Shown piece by piece: positions 25,801 to 37,800 of a DNA stretch of 64,000 bases (the stretch's first letter is position 1; the number at the start of each line of letters is the position of its first letter). This DNA comes from Podarcis muralis (lineage: Eukaryota), in NCBI RefSeq assembly GCF_964188315.1, contig NC_135663.1, positions 59,830,001-59,894,000 of the forward strand, in the 5' to 3' direction. Both the position numbers and the translations under genes were made by a program. Under the pieces are notes generated by a model, which did not search any database, had not been told where the DNA came from, and saw only the letters and a program-made list of their open reading frames with translations.

Positions 25801-28800
25801 AACCTAACTTTTACCTTTACTCCATTCATTGAAGTTTTAAATGAAAGTTATAACACAAGCCTTTCTATCTGTCAAGTTTCCAACATAAGAAGAAGAGGAG
25901 GAGTTTGGATTTGATATCCCGCTTTATCACTACCCTAAGGAGTCTCGAAGTGGCTAACAATCTCCTTTTCCCTCCTCCCCCACAACAAACACTCTGTGAG
26001 GTGAGTGGGGCTGAGAGACTTCAAAGAAGTGTGACTAGCCCAAGGTCACCCAGCAGCTGCATGTGGAGGAGTGGGGAATCGAACCCGGTTCACCAGATTA
26101 CAAGTCCACTACTCTTAACCACTACACCACACTGGCTTTTCCAGCTACTGAAAGATGGAACAGATGTGTTTTGAGGAGAGAAATTTCTATTCCTATTAAG
26201 TAAGATAATCTCCAGTTTCCCAGTTGACATCTCTTGAGCATTATTATTATACACAGGAGCAACAAAAGTGAGCAGCCACAAGATTTAGAGGCATAAGGAA
26301 CATTATGTTCCTATTACAGATAGGTAGCCGTGTTGGTCTGCCATAGTCAAAACAAAAAAAATTCCTTCCAGTAGCACCTTAAAGACCAACTAAGTTAGTT
26401 CTTGGTATGAGCTTTCGTGTGCATGCATGAACTGCATGTGCCAGTTCTGAAGAAGTGTGCATGCACACGAAAGCTCATACCAAGAACTAACTTAGTTGGT
26501 CTTTAAGGTGCTACTGGAAGGAATTTTTTTTGTTTTGATTATGTTCCAAATTAGAATTATATCCTAGACTTTTTCTAGCCTGGCAACTTTCAAAATGCTT
26601 AATACATCTCAGTATTGAACCAGTCACAGACCTCACAACCAACATTTATCCAATCAGGATGTTTGGGTATATGTACCAAACTTCACATTTGCAGATACAC
26701 TGTGTAATACATAGGAACTCTGAATTTTGTATAAACAAAAACCTTAACAGATTTAAAAGCCCCAAAGCACCATCCCTCCCATTCCTGCATATTGAAGGCA
26801 GGGTGTTAAGGATGCCATGTAGAAGGAGCATTGCGAGTGGGGGAAACCTTGTCACAGTGAATACTGTAGTTCACCCAGGCAGATGGAAAGCTACAATCAG
26901 TGGTTGCCTCACCAGTGGTAGAGACAGGAAAGCAGGAATGGACTGTGAAGGCAGGGGTCTTGAGGCTTTGGATTCAATTTCCCACGGATAAATACATACA
27001 TACATGCATGCATGCATGCATGCATACACAATTTTATTTGTATGCTGCCTTCCCAGATCTCAAACCATGCTCAAGGTGGCTTACAATATGAAAAAATACA
27101 CCACTACAGCATAACGAAAGTAGTCATTGACAGTAAATAAAACATTAAAAATGCACAACCAGACTGAAGAATTTCCACATAAATCACAAGAAGATCTAAA
27201 ATAAAGGTGCAAAAAACCCAGCAACAACCCTCACTCAATCAAGACACCCCAGCCCAAGAATCTGTTCAGCGGCCTCAGCTTTTCTGGCTGGAGTCAGTTA
27301 GGGTCCAGTCCTGCCCTGCCCTGCCCTGCCCGATGGGAAAAGCCCTGCAGTGCAAGGAGCAGGTCTCCCAGGACTCACAGTCAAGATCCCTTGCTCTTCA
27401 GCTACACCAGCCTGGAGATGGCATAGCAAGATATTGTGAAAAACTCACATTGCTCCCACCTTCTGCCTTACTTGCTGTGAACTGGTAGGGCTTGGGACAT
27501 ATTTTGAGCAATGTCCTCAGCTGTATGAATACAAAGCACCATGGACAGTTCCATTCAAGCAGGAGAAAAGTGTTGTTTCAGCAGCAATTCTACTCAAGAA
27601 CCTTAAATAGGAACTGCAATTGTATCTCAGTATCTAGTTCCACCTTCCATGAGAAGAGCCCCTTTATAGAAAGGGTATCCATCTGCTTTTGCATTCATTG
27701 ATTCAAAGAGAGCTGGGGAGATTGTGGTTCCACTAAGGCAGGGGTGGTGAGGCAGGAGTGGTGAACCTTTTCTGAGCAGTAGATCAGATCATTATAGTGG
27801 GCCAAATTAGACAGGTGGGTGGGATGCTCATCTGATGTCACTATGACACGGTGCTTTGAAGCTCCAGTTGTCTGGACTCCAAAGCACAGCATGGGGCTGT
27901 TTGAAAGCCCTTTTGCAAACAGTCCCTTGCTTCTCTTTAAACCTCTGACTTTCAAAATTTCAGAGAGCAACATGGGGCTGTTTGCAAAATGGCTTTCAAA
28001 CAGCTCCCAGCTGCTCTTTGAAGTGGAGACTTCAACCCTACTCTCTGCAGGCAAGGTTTAACCCACCCACACACTTGATAGCTGATGGGCAGGGAATTAA
28101 ATACTGTTGCTTTGGCTGCATGTGCCAGTTCCCTGTGAGAACTGGTGTGTGCAACCAACTCAGAAATGAACCTCAGCTGGCATTGCCCTCACATTAGAGT
28201 GACACCAGCTGATTGCAAATGGACATGGTTTTGGGAAACATGTATTCTATCTGCAGTGCACTGTTGAACATTCATGCAAATATGAGCTATGCAAATACAA
28301 TCAGTCCCTCATATATGAATTTAAAACTATTTTGATTGCAATATGGATTGCAAGTATAAATGTCTCATAGGCACCTATTGAATATTATTTGTGAGTGACA
28401 AACACCACAAGGTAGATAACACTATGCCATTTTGTAAACCTTTTTCAGAGCTTAAGCCTTACTAATAAATAAATGTGCCTTTTTGCTGTTCAGCTCCTGA
28501 ATAGTGATATCTAACCTATTTTAAGTGACAAAAAGAAGCAAAGCATAGAACCAAAAGACAATTTCTGTCCCATATATCTACAGTTGCCATCAGAAGCTGT
28601 TTTGCAGGAAATACAACAGAGTGTGTAGCTGAGGCAATAAAAAATTAAAGTCCAAACCTGGCTGAATTTTGCTCTTTCCCTTATTGAAAATTGAAAATCC
28701 AAGCTTTTCCCCTCATCTTATATATCATTCAGACAGAATTTCATTAAATTATTTCTGTGTCTCCTTCATGGTTAACAACTTTTACTTTTCAAACAGTTAT

Positions 28801-31800
28801 AGAAAGAAATCTACTTTTCTGCACGCAGCAGATTGGAACTACATGCAGGGAGAGCAAATTAATTATCAGACTGAGCCATCTGGTATCCACACAACTGGCT
28901 GCAACATGTTAGAACAGAAGTCTTTAAATATTTTCCAGGCTTATGCATCACAGTTACAACATATAGACTATCAAACAAACTTTTCAAAGAACAAAAAGGT
29001 ATTTTACAGTTTATTTATAAAGCAGTTTGCTTGGGAAAAATAGTTCTAAACAGTCTTCAGGTCCAGATATAAACTGGTAGTAATTTTAAACAAATTGTAA
29101 ATCCTTCTTGCTAAGTCAGGGCCTCAAGATTTTAAGTTACATGAAAAAAACAATTTTGTTTAGCATGCAACACGGCCTCAGTTGGCTATCAAAATGAATA
29201 TTTCCACATATAAATTTTCTTTCCTTGTATCCACCAATTAGAATAACTCAGCAGGAATTGATCTAAAGCCATTATTTTTGTCAATAGGCTTGCAGATGTG
29301 CTTGACATACAATACATGTCAAAGAGTACAGAAAAATAATCCAGTATTATAACAAAAGACATGCCTAATTCTTCTACTGAAAACCAAATCCTCCCACATA
29401 CTTTTTCATGTTCCAGAGTGTATGCATACACTAGATTTAAGATGTATTTGACTGCCTTACTTCATCTATAAAACATTATCTTGACCAATGTTGTGATCTT
29501 TGTTCTGCATTAAACAGCTAACCAAGTCCCACTAGAACACGGGCAATTATTTCCTCACCATTGTTTTAGCACTTACTAGGGCATACACATTCTTTGTTGA
29601 CTTAAACAAAGGCTAAAAGAGAGAGGATAGACTTTCTTCAAGAGAAGATGCAGTTCGTATTTTTGAAGGTTTGTGATACCACATCCAACACTGTTGTAAT
29701 TACACTACTGCAATCCTAAGACTATTGTGAGTGGTGTAACTTTGTAAGATCACTGGCAAAAAAGTGGCTGGAAAAAATAAGTGGCTCTTCATAGCCAAAG
29801 TGGCTGTGCAAATCAATCTTACTCACCGAAGTAGGTCAGCCAGTCAGTGCCAAGATGCGTGTTTGCTTTGGAGGACCAAGTAACAAGTAAAGAGCAAGAT
29901 ATGGGTAATAGATAAATAAAAGAGAAAGACACTAAAATGAGAAACTATTATACCTCTAAGAAAAAATATCTTACTATTGCCCATAAAATTAATCAGCATT
30001 AGTGAGAATTAACTAATCCACACAGTCTCAAGTCTATTAGGATATATATTAACAAGGGAGGACATTGTTTTCTTAATACACAGGATCTTTACAGATACTG
30101 TCATCGTAGGAGGAAGAGATATGTTACATTCACCCATGTCCAGTTTAGGAGGGCTTTCCCAGATTATTAAAATTCCTGAATTTTATACACTATAGTTACA
30201 TTGGCCTCAACCTAGTAAAATAATAGCCTGTGTTCTCATAGTAGAAAAATGTGCAATGAATGAGGACCAAATGTGTTACTAGCATGGTGTAAAAATTATA
30301 AGAGTGAGATTGCATAATGGTAAATGCTGAAGTAAGAAAGCAACAGCAACAATGCAAGCGGCTCTTTTGAGACAGAAGGTGATAATGGGATTGTATATAG
30401 GAGAGATATTTACAGCTGGTGTCACCACCTACTTATTTAGAAAGTCAAGAGGGCTGGTATGAAAAATATATTACTGATATTAAGGAAGAGGTGGGCGGGT
30501 AACAAGGTACAATGGAAAGACAAAAATCAGACATTCCTCACTCAAAAGGGTACCACCAAAATGGTTAATGGATTCTGATGCATGAAATATCTGATAGGCG
30601 GTTTAAGGTGTCTGTGTATGTGCCTTCGTGCTGAGGTCAAACTGTTGGAGAGTTACAGTGCCTGCTGTGGCTGTAGAGACCGATAGGGGGCATTTAAGAT
30701 TAATAGATCCTTAAGCACAAGCCTGTCAGTTAACTTGGTAAGTTAGAGTACGTTAAATGGATGTTGTACATATATATGTGCTTGCTTATTAATAAAGTGC
30801 CTGTTCTAAATCGTTACATTGAATCTGGAACTTTATACATAAGACAACACAGATGGGCCTGCCTAATTTTGACAGGTGTTGCATTACATTACATTACATC
30901 CAGGGCCACCAGCAAAATGCTTTAATCACGTGTGTTTGCCGGTTGAAACAATGGACACTGAGGCCCTCTGAACTAGAGCTTTATTGGTAGGACTGTACAA
31001 ATATAGATTGTCCATTAAGTAATCTGGTCCCAAGACATTCAGGGTTTTATATGTAATAACATGACATTTAAGCACCAATAAGTGCCATGAAATTTTCACA
31101 GTGACATGCCACACAGTAATAGGAAAATAATAATGGACATGGATTAGAAGAGATATAATGATCAGATTTTTCCCCCCAATGCAAAATGCAGAAGAGGAGG
31201 GGAAATATCTCAATCAATACAACAAGGGATGACAACAAGGCATTTACTGCTCTAAAAATGGATCAAATGGATTCAGAAAGCAAATAAAATATTTTGTTCC
31301 TTAGTCTTTTATCTGCTTTTCTCATTTATGATTTCTATATTATCTACTGCTGTTTTAAACGCAGTTCCCAGCTTTGGCTACTTAAAATAACACAAGATAT
31401 AAAAGATATGAAGGGAGGACTAGAAGAAAAATAACTGAAGTATTTTCATTGCTAGGGAGGTGCACTTCTGACCCAAAGGAATGCCATTTAAAGACTGTTT
31501 TTCCAAGTCGGTGAACAAGGTGGAGTATAGGTTAAAGGGATCAAGCAGAAGGAAAGACTGATGAAAGCTTGACTTTCACTCCCTTGCATGCTGACATCAG
31601 AGAAACTTGTAGAAATGTTTATTCCAAATCAGCTAAATTCTCAGTTCCTTCTGTTCCCTTGTGAAAGTTGATGTCTTTTGCAGACTTCATAAAGCAGACA
31701 TTTATTTATCTGTAACATTTATAGACTACTGTTTAGTATAATTCTCTGAGCAGCTTACAATAAACAACACACACACACCACAGTCATAAATGCTCCATCA

Positions 31801-34800
31801 AACACAAAAGGAGAACAGAACCAAATGCCTCAGCCCTCAGGTCTGCCCACATCACAGGACAGTTTTTAGCCTCTTTCTCCCTCTCCCTCCCCATCCAAAT
31901 ACTAGCACTAGAATTGATATATAATAGACAGCATCTGTTATAGACTCCTATAAAACCCAACTTACTTCAAACTGCAGGGGGGAAATGTTGCAGTTGCTAC
32001 CAAGTCTAACCTACTTCATGGCTTAAGAGCAGAGACACCAACTTGTGCTGAAGATTGAGAGGGCACAATGCGTGTCATGCACAACATTGCAACATGACGT
32101 TGGGAGAAGCCAGGGGCAGAGCCGAACACAGCTCCAGCAAGGCAGCAGCAACTCTTCTCTGGCGCTCGGCCTCCTCCTGCTGCTGCTGAGCCATTGGGGG
32201 GTCCAGTCTCCCAACAAAAATGGGGGCGGGGTAGGAAATGGCACCTCTGCTTCAGAGACAGTACCATTAAGCTTATGTGAATTTCAATATTGCTTTCCAG
32301 ATTCAAACTCCAAAAGCAAGATTAATGGAACATATTTGTTTTGAAATAATAGCATTAAGCATGAAGGACAACTCCAGCTAATAGTTTGCCTTCTACCACC
32401 TTACATTTTTCCTCTTCTGAATCTTATGATTTATTTAAGGGACCTGAAAGTTCATTGAGGTTTTCCCCATCACTGGGTCAAGCTACATGTTTGTTTGTTT
32501 GTGTTTGTTTGTTTGTTTAGCTAATTATTTTTAAATAGGGATTTTTAGGGTATAGCACTTACATAGTGGTTTACATGCATACAAATATGGTTGAAATATC
32601 CTTATAAGAAAGAAATCACAGTTGTAAAAACCTGCTACAACACAATATAAAACAATTTAAAACAGCAGCTTTAAACCAATGCATAGGCTAGATCATGCAA
32701 TAAAAGCTATAAAGAATACAAGCTGAACTAAAACATTATCAAAATTGCAGCATCAAAATCTTAGGAGAAAGAAATGAGCCTTTAACATGTTACATACAGC
32801 TGGATGTATCCTCTTTCTTACTTTTCTTTTGTAACACAAAAGCAGCTTCTGAGACTGCATGTTTCAGCAGAGGAACAACTGGGGATGGGACTGTTTATCT
32901 CTTTCCATTCCAGTCAGTTATCGCACTGAAAAATACCCCCTCCCCACAGTGGAACAGATACAGCTACCTCTGAGATTCATTTCAATTATAATAATTGCCC
33001 CCAAAAAAAGACATGGCTGAGTGTAACATGCAATTTGGACATTATATGTAGAACCTGAAACACACTGCAGCACTTTAGCAAAAAATTTAAAGGGAACTTA
33101 CATCGCTTTCCTTTTTCTTGTTCTGGGGAGAAGCATACCCTGGTGGTGTTGTTATTTTCAGTTTTGTTTTGGAACTGGAAACACGCTAGGAACTCTGGCC
33201 ATGAAGAATTCACCATCCCAAGAACTGGCTCACAACCTTCCTTTGCAGCTTCACAGAATGATCTGCAAGGCAGGAGCCCGTGACTAGAAAGAAAAACAAA
33301 TATTTCTAAGATTATTGTCCTTCCAGTATGCGTATTTATTTTAACTTTTTAAATGAAAAGCACGAATAGAGAGCTTCCATTTTAAACAGCAAAGAGGTTG
33401 CCCTTTGCCCAGCTAGGAAACTTAAGGAAAAAAGTACAGTGGTACCTCAGGTTAAGTACTTAATTCGTTCTGGATGTCCATTCTTAACCTGAAGCTGTTC
33501 TTAACCTGAAGCACCACTTTAGCTAATGGGGCCTCCTGCTGCTGCCGCGCCGCCACTACACGATTTCTGTTCTCATCCTGAAGCAAAGTTCTTAACCCGA
33601 GGTACTATTTCTCGGTTAGCGGAATCTGTAACCTGAAGCGTATGTAACCTGAAGCATATGTAACCCGAGGTACCACTGTACCCATTTCCCAATGGGCTCC
33701 TATAGTGGGGTAGGAGAGCAGAAAATAATGGCAATATATTTCCCATCTGGCAACCAATGCGGCCCTTTGGTTTCAGATAGTACATAGGTAGACGAGTCTA
33801 AAAAGCCCAGGACCCAATTTTTCACACCCCTCTAGAAACTATGGTGGCTCATTTACCAGAAGTAATGTATTTAGCGTTAACTCTGGAAGCGTATACTCGA
33901 TTCTGACCAAACTAAGCTTCCTAGAGCAAAACATACATCAGGTGTTGGTTGCCAGATGTGAAATTTTTAGCCTACCCCTAAAGAAGGGCCAATCTCCGTT
34001 CCAAGCTCAGTAAGAAAATGAAGAAATAAATCTCACCTTCCTGTGCACTGCCTTCATTTCACAGTGAATGCTAAGCCAGATTGTAGCTTTGCATGAACAA
34101 GCAGAAACGGGCTCCAGGTGAGGAGATTGTGGCCACTTTGTTTCTCCCATCTTTTTGCAGCTGTGCTGTGTTGAGCTAAGCCACAGTTTGACTTAACATG
34201 TCATCTGAATCTGGACAGTTTAGTATTATCAGGCAAACTCTGAGCTCTTAGACTATTAAGAGAAAGCCAAGCCATGAGCCCAGGTTCAGAAAAACAAGAG
34301 GATAAGAGCTAAGACTGCAATCTCCTCTCTGGAAGGCTGCATGCTTGCTTGTTCACACTAAACTATGCATGCATCTAGTTTGGCTCTTAGAGGCTATTAC
34401 AACTTTCCAACTTTTTCGCCTGTAGTCCAGAGCACACATTATGGTCACTAGAGAGATGCTGCCAAGAACAAACTTCCTGTAGCAACTAGCAAACAACTTC
34501 CACTGGGCATCTTACACTTGTAAGAATTCAACACGTCATGCCACATTATCAGTTTTACCAGTTCTGCTCCAGATTGTTGGTGGCTGCTGGGAAGTGTGAA
34601 AATTCATAATTAGGTGAAGGTGATTTGTGTGATACACAGCAGCACATGGCCGATATGTAAGGAATGATATGTTGTATATTTCAGTTTGTTTTAGGCTAAT
34701 GTTCAAAGGATAAGCTTCAAATGTGATAGGAGAGTATATTAACTCTAAAAAATGATTAATTGAATAGATCCAGTCTAGATATAAAAATCCATTTGTAAGT

Positions 34801-37800
34801 GTCCAGTAAGCCAAAAATGTTATCATTGTGTACTGATGTTTTTCCATACTACTATGGATTAGGAGTTCTCTATAAAAGAAGAAAGAAGAAAGGGACAAAA
34901 GAGAAGTAAGCACCTATTTGTCTTGCCTAGTTTCCGTCTGTGGCTTCCAGGACCTACCTCAGAGCTGCACATTACACATTGACAGGCTCCAAAATATTCT
35001 GAGGTCTTTGACTCTCCAAAAATAAAGCTCCCTCACAAACAGGAAAAGAGTTATTGAGTGATTTGTTCTGAAAAGGTGTTACTGGCTCAGATAACAGGGC
35101 TTTAATTGGCAGGACAGCATGCAGGCAGCAATGTGGGTATATACTGATAACTAGCTGCCCTTGTCAGTGGGAGAAGTTGCAAGTCATTTATTGTTGGTAT
35201 TGCATCTGCTACTGGCAGAGACCTTTTACATAGTTCTGGAACGTTTCTGTCTTTCATCACATCACAAAATAGTGGTGAAAGATACTATTTTGGAATGTGA
35301 GGGCTCCCTTTCCAAGTATCAAGTAAGCTGCTGTCAGAGATTAGTACTAGGCAAGGCTCAAGATAAACCCATCATCTTTCTGATATGTGATAATTTCAAT
35401 AGTGTTGTGCATAAAGGGCTTTTAATATTGTTACCAGCCACCTTCCAGGGGTCTCGGCACTTAACCAGAGTTTATGTTTCCTTTGGGGAAAATGAGGCAC
35501 AGTGAAGAATATGGTTTATTTACACATATTTACACCCAAGTATGGATGTAGAGAGGGTTCTGAGCACTGCATCTTATGAGGGGCTTGCTCCCCATAAGAG
35601 CACAGCATAGGATTCAAAAGTAGCCAAAACGCTACTTGTCCGTTCCTCAGCCCTCATGGCCTCTAGCCCCACCCTTCTTTCTCCCAAAAACCCTTGCTAA
35701 AATGCAACTCAAGCCTTGTGCAAAAAGGACACTTTTTCCTGTGGCGACACCATACCCCTTGTAACGCTGGCAACCTTCCCCCCACCCTTCTTATCTGACA
35801 ATGAATGTCCCTTTTGTCAGGGCATTGCCTCTGCTATCACCTGTTTTAAGGAATCCTTGGTCCCCTGCAAACATATACCAGTATTATATAAACAGGATTT
35901 CAATTAACTTGAGAAAGCATTTAATTTAAAATATGTAAAACCTACTGCTCTTTTTTAAAAACAAAAAACCTAATACTTCACAAATAGAATAATAATTACA
36001 TAACAAACCTATTTTAAAAGGGGAGACTTTTTCCACTAATGCAGAAGACTAAATTGATAACAGTTCACTTGGTTCTCATAAAATCAGTAGAGGCAAACAC
36101 TTCCGTAAAAAAAATATACATTTAAAAATAAAATAAAAACAGAAGGCCCTTCATTCATTCTGGGTGGTAGGGAAGGACTTTTCAACTCCATAGATCAGAA
36201 TACAAAAATTCCAATAAATGATCCAATAAAACTATGGTTTTCCACCATGCTGCTTTTAATGCATACAGTTAGAAACCCACTAATTACACTGAATATTAAA
36301 AATGTAAACAAATCCATGTGGCTCTTTTGTTGTATAAATTCATTCTTTGAGTGGGAAGCTGCACAACTGGAATTCATTTATTGGATTGGTGTGTTTTTTT
36401 CTTCTAGATTTGAACAGGGATTCTGGGTGGGTGGTCCTTTGTAGCTTTGTGACATTGCTTTGTTTTCCACTCCACTTTATCAACTGAGTTAATGTTTCAA
36501 TGCTCACATCCACACAGTGATAAGTTTAGATTTTCTAAATGAAAACCTATGTGTGTAGGAGGAAGATTCAGCAAATTAGTTCAAGCCTAACTATTATAAA
36601 TCAGTCTCTTTTGCAGCAGTATGCTTACATGGGTTATACTAACAACTTGATAATAATGTAGAAATGACTGGGCTCATAAAAGGAGAAATTTATGATACTT
36701 AGATAGATTGGCCAAGTTTATGGTCTGGAAGCAACCAAGAAAATGCTAATTCTATGCCATACCATTTACCACAACACTTGCCACAACTACATTTGGTCCT
36801 TTAAGCTCAGTAAAACAAATAAATATGAAGAAGTGATCAAATTTAATACAGGCCTATTTGTTCCCCCTGTCAACAATGATATTATGGTTAAGCATCTACA
36901 TCTTGATTAATCTTTATATACCAGATGTTAAAAATAAATGAGTGCTACCATTTATGTGTTGTTTTTTTTAAAGCCATCATAGGACATAGGATAATGTAAC
37001 ACAGCATGAGTCCTTGTATTCCCTGACTAAATTTCTTTGGATCATGAGATAAAATCAGCTGTGATTTTAAAAATAAAATAAAATCTGTGTGCCTTATCTG
37101 TGTGGCTTATCAGACATAAAATCTGTGTGGCTTATCTTTTGCACATTTCAAAATGGAACCCATTAATGCAGGATATTTTCCCTGCCTGAAGATCAGTTCC
37201 ACAATGATTCCTATGATAAAATTCCTATGAAACCCTCCTGTGGAATGCTACAGAAAAAGGAGCTACCTGCCAGCATTGTTCTCTGAAATCAGTTTTCTTC
37301 CTGATCTATTCTAGACCATAATCCTGCCCCTGACAAGTGTCATGTGGATGGAAGCATGAATGCACTAGATGTGTGAAAGATCACCTGAAGACTATTCAGG
37401 CAAGCACCACGTGCTGCTCAATCCAGACCCTGGGGATACTGCATTTATGCTAAAATAAAATAATATGCCAAGGATGGATCATACAGGAGGTCTTGCTTTC
37501 ACTCATAAACACACTTCGTGCACCTGGAGGGCATGACAGGTATGCACCACTAGTGCAATCTTTAGACCCTAAAGCAATGATGGCCAAACTTGGCCCTCCA
37601 GCTGTTTTGGGACTACAATTCCCATCATCCCTGACCACTGGTCCTGTTAGCTAGGGATGATGGGAGTTGTAGTTCCAAAACAGCTAGAGGACCAAGTTTG
37701 GCCATCACTACCCTAAAGTGAAAGAGGGATCTTTATAGGATGACTCCTGTGGTATCTTGTAACCAGTATTATCCAATGATTATTAAGAGTAAATTACTCT

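Noticed and set aside
30230-30850. Solo LTR (AATAAA at about 30790, ends ...ACAACA)
   Set aside because: I could not find a matching TG start with a 4-6 bp TSD, so it is not supportable without a repeat library search.
33744-33958. 14-bp inverted repeat catctggcaaccaa/ttggttgccagatg
   Set aside because: The orientation is opposite to a TIR pair of one element and there is no TSD; probably ends of two separate old transposon fragments.
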